Shown here in pieces: positions 9,188 through 18,538 of a stretch of DNA of 64,000 nt. Each line of letters begins with the position of its first letter. Position 1 is the stretch's first letter. The position numbers were made by a program, and so were the translations under genes. The notes beneath the pieces were generated by a model. That model saw only the letters and a program-made list of their open reading frames with translations, was not told the DNA's origin and did not search any database. Location of the stretch: positions 27,112-91,111 of IMG/VR virus record IMGVR_UViG_3300033463_000061; one strand, 5' to 3'. Origin of the DNA: a virus. Lineage: Duplodnaviria; Caudoviricetes.

Positions 9188-9463
9188 TTAGCCGTGCCCG
9201 GATACTATCGCCACGATTCCTACCGGGATGTCCCTGTTGGTGGCGTCGCGCGCGAGGCGCACGCCCCGCTTTTCGACGTTCTTCCTGCACCACGCCTTCC
9301 ACGACGCGACCGCCTGCTTGAACTTTTCAGCCTTGTCCGCCTCGTCGGGGCGGTGTATGGCGGATGCCATCAGCAGGGCGTCTCCGCTCGCCAGGACCTT
9401 GGCGTACTCGTCCTGGGCCTGCGCGAGAAGCCTGTCGTAGTCGAAGGTCATGTCGATGTTCAT
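9188..9463 (-). CDS. Hypothetical protein
   Basis: Operonic ORF, ATGA overlap. Confidence 0.65.
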   Translation of the reverse strand: MNIDMTFDYDRLLAQAQDEYAKVLASGDALLMASAIHRPDEADKAEKFKQAVASWKAWCRKNVEKRGVRLARDATNRDIPVGIVAIVSGHG

Positions 9464-9798
9464 GTCTCCTCCTCTTCTTCGCCGTCAAGTTCCTCGACAG
9501 TACAGTCGCAGTCCGTTGGCTCGTAATAGCCACCCCGGCAGAGGGTCTCGTAGAGGTCCTGCATGGCGAACGACTTCGCCTCGTCCTCGTCCTCGGCCTC
9601 GTCCTCCCAGACGAACGGCAGCTTCTTCTGCCGCTTCATCCTGTTGTTCCACTTTTCTGACTCGACCTTGTCGGCGAGTTCCCGTGCGGTGGCCGCGGCT
9701 ATCTCGCTCTGCGGCATGCCGTGGGACCAGTCGGCCGTGGCCTCGTTGCCCTCCTCCCACGACGTGACCGAGTGGATGGTGACGCGGTATTTAGCCAT
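9460..9798 (-). CDS. Acidic hypothetical protein (MAKYRVT...)
   Basis: Operonic; start refined. Confidence 0.65.
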   Translation of the reverse strand: MAKYRVTIHSVTSWEEGNEATADWSHGMPQSEIAAATARELADKVESEKWNNRMKRQKKLPFVWEDEAEDEDEAKSFAMQDLYETLCRGGYYEPTDCDCTVEELDGEEEEET

Positions 9799-10372
9799 TG
9801 ACCGCCCCCTTCTTTGTGAGCTCGTAGGCATACACCTGCGCTTCGGAGCCGGAGTCGTTCACTATGGTATAGAGTCCGTCCTCCGGGATCTCCCCGTCGT
9901 CGCCAGGCTCGGGGGCTGACGTGACGGTCCATCCGGACGTGGTCTCCCCGCTTTCGGGGTCTGTCCAGCACACGCGGTCGTCGACCCTGAAGGTCGTCTC
10001 CTGCGCCTGCCTGAAGTCGTAGGCCTTTACGAGCGCCATCCCCTTCTCGGTGAGCCGGCACACCGGGATCTTGACGAACCCGGACGGCTCCCACCGTAGA
10101 GGCGGAGTCTCGATGATCTGCGCCGTGGCAAGCGTCCTGACGTTGCCCGCGCCCTCCGAATAGTCCTTCACGAGGACGCAGTCGTTCTCGACGTCCGCGT
10201 TCACGAGGTTCACCGTCAGGGTACCCCAGGGTTCGCCGTCCTCGCACGTCGCCTCAAGGGCGATGCCGCCGCCGAACCGGTAACGCGTGGCCCTTACGGT
10301 CACGTTCTTGCACCTGAGGCTCCCGTCTGGGTTGAGCATGTTAACCAGGATGCCGTCTTTTGCTTCTGCCAT
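9791..10372 (-). CDS. DUF4313-like domain protein
   Basis: GEPWGTLTVNL...SGFVKIPVCRL pattern. Confidence 0.6.
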   Translation of the reverse strand: MAEAKDGILVNMLNPDGSLRCKNVTVRATRYRFGGGIALEATCEDGEPWGTLTVNLVNADVENDCVLVKDYSEGAGNVRTLATAQIIETPPLRWEPSGFVKIPVCRLTEKGMALVKAYDFRQAQETTFRVDDRVCWTDPESGETTSGWTVTSAPEPGDDGEIPEDGLYTIVNDSGSEAQVYAYELTKKGAVNG

Positions 10373-10391
10373 GGAATTGCCTCCTTGTCGT

Positions 10392-10967
10392 TTATTCGCC
10401 AGACGGACTCCAGTCCGTCGGGTACGGAGCGTATTTCGCGCGGACTTCCGGCGTCGGGTTCCAGCTGCGCGCTTCATCTACGTGCCATTTGACGTGCTGC
10501 AGCACGGCGTCGTATGCCAGCTTTTCCCTGTTTGCGATCTCGCAGATGTAGTGGTTGCGCTTTCCGTGGTCCTTGTCCTCCGGTTCGCCGTCCTTTGCGC
10601 CGGCGCGGTACTCGTACTTCACCGCAGAGCCCCACTTGAAGTCGAGCTCCTTGTAGTCGATGTAGTCCTCCAGGTACAGGCCGCACGGCAGCTGGTAGTA
10701 GCTGGTGTGGTGGATCTGCTGGTTGTTCGGCTCCGCCGCTGGGGCGGGCGGCTGGACCGGTTCGGACCTCTCGCCGCAGATCTCCGCCTCGTGGCTCTGC
10801 ACGATCCGGCGGATGCGCTTCACGGCCGCCTGGCTTGCGACCGGGCACGGCTCGTTCGGCTGCCCGACGACGTCGTCAACCTCCGCCACGGCGTCGAGTA
10901 CGTCCTTGAAGGCCTCTACGCACCCCATGGCTGTGTTGAGCTGGCATTCGTATTCTTCTAGTGTCAT
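10392..10967 (-). CDS. DUF3310-like (T7 gp1.7/SaV-type) domain protein
   Basis: HxxYY...DYI...F.WGSAVKYxYRAGxK...D..K..Y pattern in the C-terminal half. Confidence 0.7.
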   Translation of the reverse strand: MTLEEYECQLNTAMGCVEAFKDVLDAVAEVDDVVGQPNEPCPVASQAAVKRIRRIVQSHEAEICGERSEPVQPPAPAAEPNNQQIHHTSYYQLPCGLYLEDYIDYKELDFKWGSAVKYEYRAGAKDGEPEDKDHGKRNHYICEIANREKLAYDAVLQHVKWHVDEARSWNPTPEVRAKYAPYPTDWSPSGE

Positions 10968-11152
10968 TTTTTCCGCCTTTCGTTGTGCATCGAGTTCCAG
11001 CCGGTCACGGCGTCGTCCGGGGACTGCGTTACAGGGCCTAACGCCCCGCACCTGCCGCACCGCACGACGTACGGCGGCTTCGACTGCAGGTGCAGGAAAG
11101 CCTGCCCCGCCCTGCAGCGGGGGCACGGCTTTACATCGTAGCCGGTGATCAT
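10964..11152 (-). CDS. Lar-family restriction alleviation Zn-ribbon protein
   Basis: KPCPRC...VRCGRCGALGP...A..WN. Confidence 0.65.
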   Translation of the reverse strand: MITGYDVKPCPRCRAGQAFLHLQSKPPYVVRCGRCGALGPVTQSPDDAVTGWNSMHNERRKK

Positions 11153-11646
11153 GGCTCCCCCTTTGACGTTATGCGCCCGTACACCCCGTGCGTCCCGAAG
11201 TCGACCATGTGCTCGCGCTTCTGGGTTATCCAGTGGCGAATGCAGTGCATGTCGACGTAGAGCCCGCGCTTCTCCGCAGCCGCAAGTATGCCGTCGAGCG
11301 CGTCCTGCTCCGTGCCGCACGCGTCGGAGACAGTGAACTCGACCGTGCCGTCCTTCACCCGGACGAGCTCGGCTACGTACGGCGGAGGGCCGACTAGCGG
11401 CAGCGCGTTCGTCTCCTGCACGAGCTCGTGCCGCGGCTCCTCCGGGGCGTCCGGAGCGCCGGGCTCCTTCGGTTTAGGAGCGGGCAGGACGAGCCCGAGC
11501 TCGCCGGCGTAGCGCTTGAGCAGCCGCCTCAGCGCGACGATCGTGTCCTGGCTCTGCGCCGGGCAGGGCGTGCCCGGCATACCGACGACGCCATCCACGC
11601 CCCACACGCGGTCGACGACCGTCTGCAGCAGTTCGTTTGCAGTCAT
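11149..11646 (-). CDS. Hypothetical protein sharing an N-terminal module with the DUF3310-like ORF
   Basis: VDGVVGMPGTPCPAQSQ vs VDDVVGQPNEPCPVASQ. Confidence 0.7.
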   Translation of the reverse strand: MTANELLQTVVDRVWGVDGVVGMPGTPCPAQSQDTIVALRRLLKRYAGELGLVLPAPKPKEPGAPDAPEEPRHELVQETNALPLVGPPPYVAELVRVKDGTVEFTVSDACGTEQDALDGILAAAEKRGLYVDMHCIRHWITQKREHMVDFGTHGVYGRITSKGEP

Positions 11647-11650
11647 GGCG

Positions 11651-12160
11651 CTACGCCCCCTCGAAGAACTCGTTGAGCATGTCGTGAGCCGGCTGCAGGC
11701 TCGGGTGCGCGGCGAGGATGGACTGCACGTCCGTGTCCTCGCCGATGCAGAAGTCCTCGATGAACTCCTTCGTGAAGAGCGCGGCGCCCTCCTTGCACAG
11801 CGGCTCGACCAGCTTCTCGGCCAGCTTCGCCCGCACGTGCGCGACCTTCTCCTTCTCCATGTCGAGCAGGTCGCTGTCGTGGATGATCGTCGTGATCATC
11901 TCGCCGGCGATGTACTCGGCGGCCTGCGCGTTGCCGGGCTCCGTCTCTTGGCCAGTCGCCGTTTTCGCCGCCCCTTTCCCGTACTCCAGCGTGAACTTGA
12001 CCAGGCACGACCAGTCGGAGGCGTAGGGACAGCCTTTGCACTTGTGTGGCGTGTTCTCCACGGTCTGTCCGCCGCAGAAGCTCCCGCGGCGGGCCTCCTT
12101 CTCGCGCCGCGCGCAGAAATCCCGGTGCGCACGGCATATCTCTTCAACCCTGTCTCCCAT
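11651..12160 (-). CDS. Cys-cluster hypothetical protein (MGDRVEEIC...)
   Basis: AAGGAG RBS; start refined. Confidence 0.65.
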   Translation of the reverse strand: MGDRVEEICRAHRDFCARREKEARRGSFCGGQTVENTPHKCKGCPYASDWSCLVKFTLEYGKGAAKTATGQETEPGNAQAAEYIAGEMITTIIHDSDLLDMEKEKVAHVRAKLAEKLVEPLCKEGAALFTKEFIEDFCIGEDTDVQSILAAHPSLQPAHDMLNEFFEGA

Positions 12161-12162
12161 GC

Positions 12163-14970
12163 TTACTCCTTTACCTTTTGGCCCCAGCGCTCGTAGACGT
12201 CGATGTCGACGCCGAGCGTGAAGAATCTGTCCGGCCCCAGCGGTATGTGGATGTCCCCCAACGTGTGGTGGAACATGTACTTGGTCACTTCGATCTCGTC
12301 CTTCGGCACGTGCAGCATGACTGCATCGTGAATTTGGTTTTGTATCTCGAAGTGCATCCCGTGCTCGACACGCCACGCCTGCATCTTGTCCATCGCGAGC
12401 TGCACCGCGTCGCTGACGGTCGACTGAATCGGGAAGTTGGCGAAGTTGCGCTCCGCCCCCGCGTCGCGCTGCCCCCTGAGGAGGAACGGCGCGCGCCGGA
12501 TCCGCCCGAACGGGTTCCTGATGAACCCCGGGTCGTAGACCTTCGCCATGCAGCTCTCGATGAACGCCCACGCGACCGGGTATTCCACCTCCTTCCAGGT
12601 CTTGATGACCTGGTCGAGCTGCGCGGCCAGCACGTCTATCGACTCGGCGGCTCCCGTTTCGGCCTTGACCTGGATCGCCGTGTCGCGTCCGCCCCGACCG
12701 TACAGGATCCCGAAGTTCACGTTCTTGCCGGAGATGCGCGGCCCCGCCTTGAACTGGGCGTAGGTGAGCTCGTTGCCGTGGGCGTCCCTGAAGACCAGGT
12801 GCTTCTGCCAGGTCTTGAACTCCTTGTTCTCCGCGTCACCGCCGTACTGCGTGCGCACGAGCTCGACCACGTCGTCCTCCGTCCACTCCTTGTGGTTCTC
12901 GTCGAACATGTGGTAGCCGAACGCCTTCGCGGCGATGGACGTGTGCATGTCCCGGCCAGGGGTCTTGAGCATGTCGATCATGTGAGGGTCGCCAGACAGG
13001 CTTGCTATAGTGAATAGCTCAGCTTGTTGAAAGTCGGCCTCCATCATGACCATCCCGGGCGGCGGCACGACGATCGTCCGGATCAACGGCGGCATGTTGT
13101 CCTTCCCGAAGATCTCGGCCATGAAGCCCTCGGCCTTCTTGGGCCAGTTCTGGGCGTTCGGGGCGCTCGACTTGAACCGGCTCGTGGTGGAGAGCTGCGA
13201 CATGTGGCTGTGCAGGCGTCCGTCGGCCCAGAGCTGGGCCTCCAGCCCGCGGTCCGTGTTCGTCGCGTCCACGTGCCGAAGCCACGTCTTGACGGGCTGC
13301 TCGACGCGCCTGTACTGCAGGAGCGTCCTGACGAGCGGGTGGGCGTCGCCGAGGATCTCGAGCGTCTGCTTGTCCGTCCCGGGCGACTCGTCCATCTCCT
13401 CGTCCATGCCCCAGTTGCCGACGGCCTCGGCCCAGTCCTTGCCGGCCGTGGTCTTGACCGGCGGCAGCCCGAGCTTCTTGAAGAGGAGCTCGCGCACCTG
13501 CGCCGACGACCCGGGGTTGAAGTCCGGGAGCCCAGCCTCGGCCGCCCCGAGGACGACCTGCGACAGCAGCTCCGCCTTCTTGCCCTGGAACGCGTCGATG
13601 AGCTCGTTGAGCCTCTGCCGGTCGACGGGCAGGCCGGTGCCCTCGATCTCGTAGATGACGCGCTGGGTGTTCAGCGTCGTCTGCAGCATGGACGGGTACT
13701 CCCCGCCCACGCCGCGCGGCTCCAGGTAGCCGATCTTCGCGAGCTCGGGGAGCTGGCCCTCCATGATGTACCTGAGGCAGTCGACGTCCGCCGCGCCGTA
13801 GGGCAGGAGTATCCTGTCCGGGACGTTGCCGAACCCGAGCTTGCACTCCTTGCCGTGGCGCTTCACCCAGCACTCGAGCTCGGAGCAGTAGCGCCCGTAT
13901 GGCGCGTACCGCATGGCCGCCTCCTCCAGGCCGAACGGGCCGTCTTCGCAGAGCAGGTACCCGCCGAGCATCGTGTCGTACACGACGCGACGGCGGATGT
14001 CTATGCCCTCCTGCAGGAGCCACTCGCCGTCCGCGATGACGTTGTGACCTACGATCCCGAACCTGGGGTCCTCGAGCCACCGCTTGACCGCCGCCATCAC
14101 CGACTTCGTGTCCGGATTGGACGGCAGTCCGCCGGCCTCGTGCAGCTTGACGATCGCGACCTGCCCCTTGGCGTAGCCGATCTGGATCGTCCTGATGTAG
14201 CGGCACGGGTCGAGCCAGTTCTTGCCGTCCCATTCGCAGTCCAGGCAGAGGAGCCCGTCCGCGCCCGGGAAGCCAAGGGCGTGCTCGTGGACGAAGTCGA
14301 CGTCCTCAGGCGTCGTCAGCACGTCGTACCTCGGACGCTGCGCGGCGTAGGCGGCCAGCAGGTCCTCGCCGTCGGCGATCCGCTTGACGAGTCTAAGCTC
14401 CCGCACTGCCGAATGGACGAGGACGTGCTGCGGGATGTCCGCCAGAGACATCCTGTCCTTGTACCCCTCTCCCCCGTTCATCATCACCTGCGGCAGGTTG
14501 TACGTGGGGAACAGCATCCACCCGGCGCTCGTGGGGACTGGCTCGCCGCGGCAGCACGCAAACGGGTACATGCGCGCGTCGGCGACGGCAGCCCATGCGT
14601 CTGCACCGAACGCGACGACGACCTTCGGGGCGATCGCCCTTATTTCGTCGCCGAGCATCGTGGCGCATTTCGCCTTGTCAGTCGACGACGGCTTCTTGCC
14701 TGCCGAGAACGGATACTTCACCGTGTAGGTGTAGTAGCACCTGTCCGCCGAGATGTCGGCCTGCTTGAGGAGCCACCGGAGGCATTTGCCGACGCGGTCC
14801 GAAAGCGGCCGGTTTGTCCGCTTGATCTCGTCGCCGGGCCACGAGTCGACAAAGACGACGTCCGCCTGCGGATTGCCGCACCCGTTGTACCACCGCTTCC
14901 CTCCGATGTCCTTGTATGGCTCGTCGAACCGGTGTATCTCGGGGGCGTCCTGCACGTCAGTCTTCGCCAT
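12163..14970 (-). CDS. Family A DNA polymerase with an N-terminal uracil-DNA-glycosylase-like domain and a 3'-5' exonuclease
   Basis: Exo motifs LDCEW, GHNVIAD, YGAADV; pol motif A ADFQQAEL, motif B RISGKNVNFGILYG, motif C QIHDAV; UDG-like GNPQADVVFV..PG and PKVVVAFG. Confidence 0.95.
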   Translation of the reverse strand: MAKTDVQDAPEIHRFDEPYKDIGGKRWYNGCGNPQADVVFVDSWPGDEIKRTNRPLSDRVGKCLRWLLKQADISADRCYYTYTVKYPFSAGKKPSSTDKAKCATMLGDEIRAIAPKVVVAFGADAWAAVADARMYPFACCRGEPVPTSAGWMLFPTYNLPQVMMNGGEGYKDRMSLADIPQHVLVHSAVRELRLVKRIADGEDLLAAYAAQRPRYDVLTTPEDVDFVHEHALGFPGADGLLCLDCEWDGKNWLDPCRYIRTIQIGYAKGQVAIVKLHEAGGLPSNPDTKSVMAAVKRWLEDPRFGIVGHNVIADGEWLLQEGIDIRRRVVYDTMLGGYLLCEDGPFGLEEAAMRYAPYGRYCSELECWVKRHGKECKLGFGNVPDRILLPYGAADVDCLRYIMEGQLPELAKIGYLEPRGVGGEYPSMLQTTLNTQRVIYEIEGTGLPVDRQRLNELIDAFQGKKAELLSQVVLGAAEAGLPDFNPGSSAQVRELLFKKLGLPPVKTTAGKDWAEAVGNWGMDEEMDESPGTDKQTLEILGDAHPLVRTLLQYRRVEQPVKTWLRHVDATNTDRGLEAQLWADGRLHSHMSQLSTTSRFKSSAPNAQNWPKKAEGFMAEIFGKDNMPPLIRTIVVPPPGMVMMEADFQQAELFTIASLSGDPHMIDMLKTPGRDMHTSIAAKAFGYHMFDENHKEWTEDDVVELVRTQYGGDAENKEFKTWQKHLVFRDAHGNELTYAQFKAGPRISGKNVNFGILYGRGGRDTAIQVKAETGAAESIDVLAAQLDQVIKTWKEVEYPVAWAFIESCMAKVYDPGFIRNPFGRIRRAPFLLRGQRDAGAERNFANFPIQSTVSDAVQLAMDKMQAWRVEHGMHFEIQNQIHDAVMLHVPKDEIEVTKYMFHHTLGDIHIPLGPDRFFTLGVDIDVYERWGQKVKE

Positions 14971-15439
14971 GCGGCTCCTCGGGCTGGAGCGCCAGTCCCT
15001 TGACCGTGGCCGCGAGCGTCTTGGCGACGTGCGCTTTGACCTGCTCGCCAATTATCCGGAACACCCAGTTTCCCTGGCCGACCTCGAACAGGGCCATGTT
15101 CTCGTCGACGCGCCGCCTGATGGACTTCTCAAGTTCGTCCGACATCTCGCCCACCTGGCGCAGCACTTCGTCCCGAAACGACCTTCTGATCTCCGCGCGG
15201 ATGTGCTCCCTCGCCTCCTCCGTAAGGCGGATCATGTTGTCGTCCCGGTGGGGGCACCAGATGCCAAGCGTCGTGCTGCCGTGTATCGTGGCCAGGATCA
15301 GCTTGTCTATACGGGCCGCAACCTGCTCCTTTACCTGCCTTTCAACGGCCTTCTCCACCAGCTCCGTGATGTCAACGTCCGGTAGGGTCACTGTCGGTGT
15401 CACGCACTTGCGCGCCTTTTCGCCGTTTGCTTTGCTCAT
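14957..15439 (-). CDS. Hypothetical helical protein
   Basis: GGAGG RBS; operonic. Confidence 0.7.
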   Translation of the reverse strand: MSKANGEKARKCVTPTVTLPDVDITELVEKAVERQVKEQVAARIDKLILATIHGSTTLGIWCPHRDDNMIRLTEEAREHIRAEIRRSFRDEVLRQVGEMSDELEKSIRRRVDENMALFEVGQGNWVFRIIGEQVKAHVAKTLAATVKGLALQPEEPHGED

Positions 15440-15462
15440 GTCTACCCTCCTTTTTGTCGTGT

Positions 15463-16293
15463 TCAGCTCAGTGCTTCTTTGTTAACCATTCGGTTACACC
15501 CGTGGACGAGTGCGTCGTTGTGCGCGAGGGCGCAGTCCGCGCGGTCGCACATCTTGCACCACCGCGCGTCGCCTGCCGCGATCTCATCCTCGGTTGCCGC
15601 CCGTACACCTGCCGGAAGCCCGTTGTCGGCTGGCTTTGACTCCTCCAGCGGGGCTTGCGCCTCCTCCGTAGGTGCCGTCCTGTGCCAGAGGCGGACGACG
15701 CCGAGGCGGTAGAGCTTGACCAGCTCCTCCAGGAACAGCTTGCGCCGGTACGGGGCGTCCTTGTCGTTCCTGTGGATCTCGCGCGCCATCTCGGGCGTGA
15801 TGTACGTCTCGGTGCGGAACTGCTCCGGGAGCTGCAGCGCGGACCTGTAGCCGCTTACATGCACCCATTTGGCCTGCGGAAACGAGCACGTCGGACCGTC
15901 CTCAAGGTAGAACATGAAGTCGAACGACCTCTTGAACTCCTTGTAGTGGTCGGCACACCACTTTTTCAGCCTCTCGCCGGCGAACTCGGCCGGAAGCACG
16001 AACGTCAGGCGCATGATCCTGACGTCGTCGTGGAAGTGCGCCTTCTTGAAGTCGGCCATGAAGTCGCCCCACGAGCGCTTGATCTCGAACTCGTGCAGGT
16101 AGCCTGCGTCGGTCACCTGCACGAGGTCGCACTCCATGCGCTTGAAGAACCCGAACGAGACGTTCGGGATCGACTCGTCGACACCGGTGTGCGTGACAAG
16201 GGCGCGCTGGATCTCGGCGACAGACCACTTGGTGGCCAGCGTGCTGTTCGCCACGCCGGCTCCGTTCGCGTCATCAGGCTTGCTGTCTGGCAT
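15463..16293 (-). CDS. PD-(D/E)xK nuclease-like protein (MmcB-like)
   Basis: ECDLV...LHEFEIKRSWGDFMADFKK. Confidence 0.65.
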   Translation of the reverse strand: MPDSKPDDANGAGVANSTLATKWSVAEIQRALVTHTGVDESIPNVSFGFFKRMECDLVQVTDAGYLHEFEIKRSWGDFMADFKKAHFHDDVRIMRLTFVLPAEFAGERLKKWCADHYKEFKRSFDFMFYLEDGPTCSFPQAKWVHVSGYRSALQLPEQFRTETYITPEMAREIHRNDKDAPYRRKLFLEELVKLYRLGVVRLWHRTAPTEEAQAPLEESKPADNGLPAGVRAATEDEIAAGDARWCKMCDRADCALAHNDALVHGCNRMVNKEALS

Positions 16294-16405
16294 TTGCCGC
16301 CTCCTTCCGCTCCTTATAGCAGAGCTTGCAGTACCGCATGTTCGACTTGCACTTCCCGCCGCATACCTTGCAGCGCTTGGACGGGTTTCTGGTCTTCCCG
16401 CTCAT
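16274..16405 (-). CDS. Small Zn-finger protein (CKVC...YCKLC)
   Basis: Translated by hand, 43 aa; ATGA overlap. Confidence 0.5.
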   Translation of the reverse strand: MSGKTRNPSKRCKVCGGKCKSNMRYCKLCYKERKEAANARQQA

Positions 16406-16611
16406 CCCTTCACTCCCACCTGCTCGACGCCGACTCCGCCGGCGGCACAGGTCACCGCCGGAGAGCCGTCCCAGTTTTTCTTGCAGTCAGGCGGCCAGCC
16501 GGACGGCCCGACGTTGATGCGCACGGGCGGCCGGGTCGGGGGGTTCTCCACGATGCGGCGGATTTCCTCCTCCGTCCCCTCGTAGACGATTCCGTCAACT
16601 GTCGCTTTCAT
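16402..16611 (-). CDS. Small hypothetical protein (MKATVDG...)
   Basis: GGAGG RBS. Confidence 0.6.
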   Translation of the reverse strand: MKATVDGIVYEGTEEEIRRIVENPPTRPPVRINVGPSGWPPDCKKNWDGSPAVTCAAGGVGVEQVGVKG

Positions 16612-16837
16612 TTTTAGCCTCCTTTTTCTTCTCACCGCGGTTGATGCGCAACTCGGGGTGGCGGATCATGAAGATTCCCGCGTTCAATGCCCCGGCAAGC
16701 GCGCTGAAGCAGTCCCAGCAGAAGACATGCCCCATGACGGTGTACGCCTTCTCGTCCGGCTTCAGGTCGTAGACCGGGAGCGGGTAGATTACCTCGTCAT
16801 CCCGTATCTCCGCTCCGCACGCCCAGCAGTTACACAT
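16595..16837 (-). CDS. Zn-ribbon hypothetical protein
   Basis: CWAC...FCWDC. Confidence 0.6.
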   Translation of the reverse strand: MCNCWACGAEIRDDEVIYPLPVYDLKPDEKAYTVMGHVFCWDCFSALAGALNAGIFMIRHPELRINRGEKKKEAKNESDS

Positions 16838-17366
16838 CCGTCTCCTCCCCGCGGTCCTCGAGGGCCTTCACGGCGCGTTCGATGATCTTGCGGTAGTCGA
16901 GCGTGCGTATCTCCTTCCGCGTCTTCGGGTCGAAGATGACCGATTCTGTCGCTGGCGACCGCGCCGCGAACCTGCGCGCCATGAACAGGCAGTCGCGCAG
17001 CACGTCGCAGAGCTCCTTGGAGTCGGACCGCTTCGCCTTCAGCTCACGGAGCCAGTCTGCGAGCTGCTTGTGCTGCTGCCCGCACGGCGTGGCATCCGCG
17101 CACTCGTCGCAGTGCGCAATGGCCTCGTCCAGCGTCATGGGCTTGACAGGGCACTTTTTGGCCCGCTTGCCGGGCGCCTCGGGTAGAAGCGTTCCGGCGA
17201 AGCACATCTTGTACTTCGAGTACTTCTTCTCCGACATCCCGCAGGAGCAGGACTTGTCACCGTTCCCGCCGCGCGTGCAGTACGCGCACGGGACCTGCTG
17301 CTTGCGCTTTCCGGGCGGGAGGTCCTTCTCGGCCTCGATCGCCTTCTTGACTTCTTCGTATGTCAT
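16830..17366 (-). CDS. Cys-rich hypothetical protein
   Basis: CAYC cluster plus MTLDEAIAHC...H.QLADWLRELK module. Confidence 0.7.
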   Translation of the reverse strand: MTYEEVKKAIEAEKDLPPGKRKQQVPCAYCTRGGNGDKSCSCGMSEKKYSKYKMCFAGTLLPEAPGKRAKKCPVKPMTLDEAIAHCDECADATPCGQQHKQLADWLRELKAKRSDSKELCDVLRDCLFMARRFAARSPATESVIFDPKTRKEIRTLDYRKIIERAVKALEDRGEETDV

Positions 17367-17599
17367 GACTTTGCCTCCTCGGGTTTCCACTCCGCGCCGT
17401 ACTTCGCCTTGAAGCCCAGCGCTATTACCTCCTTGACTGTGTCGAAGTTCAGCCTGTCGCAGAGGCCTTCGTCCTCGTACTCGCATTCCGGGTCCACGGT
17501 TTCGTAGATTACGTCGTCGACGTTCGACTCGATGCTGTCCATCACCCCGTCGAAGAACCGGCGCGTAAGCTCCAGTTCGGTGTCCTTGTTTAGTGCCAT
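17363..17599 (-). CDS. Hypothetical protein
   Basis: Operonic, ATGA overlap. Confidence 0.65.
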   Translation of the reverse strand: MALNKDTELELTRRFFDGVMDSIESNVDDVIYETVDPECEYEDEGLCDRLNFDTVKEVIALGFKAKYGAEWKPEEAKS

Positions 17600-17605
17600 G
17601 GCGCG

Positions 17606-17842
17606 CTACTCCCCACTGGGTTCCTGCGGCACCGGCTGCTGCGCCGCCTGGGCCTTGTACTCCTCGAGCGCCTTCTGGGCGGCGGCCACGACGCGTTCGG
17701 CCACAAACGCCGCACAGGCCTCGCAGCCCGTGTGGACGCCGTCTACCGACGAGTTGTCGAGGCGGCTGACCTCGAAGTCGCCGTTGTGCTTCCCGTCTTC
17801 GTTGCGGACCGGGAAATATGCGAACGTAAGTTTTATCTGCAT
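17606..17842 (-). CDS. Hypothetical protein (MQIKLTFAYF...)
   Basis: AAGGAG RBS. Confidence 0.6.
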   Translation of the reverse strand: MQIKLTFAYFPVRNEDGKHNGDFEVSRLDNSSVDGVHTGCEACAAFVAERVVAAAQKALEEYKAQAAQQPVPQEPSGE

Positions 17843-17843
17843 G

Positions 17844-18275
17844 TTACTCCTTTTTGGGTTCGTGTGGTTCCGGCTTCGTCTCCGCCTTGTACTGGCCCGC
17901 GCGCTCCACACCGACCACGCAGCCGGGAATCACGTAGTGCGGCCAGTGCTCGTCCTTGCGGTGGCACTTCTGTGTCCCGCACCGCATGCACTCACTGCAT
18001 CGCACGAAAATGTTGTCGTGCTTTTTGCCGGGGCACGGCAGCGTCGCGGGCTCGCGCGGTTCTTGCGGCTCAGGCAGGTTCTCCGGCGGCGTCAGCATGC
18101 CTTTCTTGCCAAGCAGCATACGCGCCGCGTTGAGCCAGCGCTCGCAGTCCTCGGCGACCGTGCCGGACGCGCTCTTGCCGGGCGCGTCCGCCGCGAGCTT
18201 CACCATGATCGTGTGGAGCGTGGCGATCATCGGCTGCGCCCTCCACACGAGATCTATGGCCTTGACTGGCTTCAT
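17844..18275 (-). CDS. Hypothetical protein with a Cys/His cluster (MKPVKAID...)
   Basis: ATGA overlap; start refined from 19010. Confidence 0.65.
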   Translation of the reverse strand: MKPVKAIDLVWRAQPMIATLHTIMVKLAADAPGKSASGTVAEDCERWLNAARMLLGKKGMLTPPENLPEPQEPREPATLPCPGKKHDNIFVRCSECMRCGTQKCHRKDEHWPHYVIPGCVVGVERAGQYKAETKPEPHEPKKE

Positions 18276-18526
18276 TTGCGCCTCCGGTTTGCCTTGCGCG
18301 CCTTCTTCGCCGCCTTCTTGGCCCTGATGGCCTTGCGCCGGCGGTTGACGGCACGGTTCCTGCGGTCGAGCGGCAGGCTGTTCTCGGCCTGGCTCCTGAC
18401 CTCGGCGTCGGTGCGCGTGTCGGGGCCGCCGAACGGGCTCCCGCTGCTGGTCGAGGGCATGGCCTCGGCCATCGCTCCCATGGCGAGTCCGGCCATCGCG
18501 ACCGGCGAGAATCTTTCGCTGTGCAT
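18272..18526 (-). CDS. Small protein with a basic C-terminal tail
   Basis: AAGGAG RBS; Lys/Arg-rich end. Confidence 0.6.
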   Translation of the reverse strand: MHSERFSPVAMAGLAMGAMAEAMPSTSSGSPFGGPDTRTDAEVRSQAENSLPLDRRNRAVNRRRKAIRAKKAAKKARKANRRRK

Positions 18527-18538
18527 CTGTGGTCTCCT

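Noticed and set aside
7871-9526. 551-aa plus-strand ORF (likewise 13024..15003, 26949..28397, 28431..30029, 40632..41981, 42222..43730, 57779..59431)
   Set aside because: Each lies opposite a motif-supported gene, has shadow-like L/V/R/G/H composition and no recognisable domains
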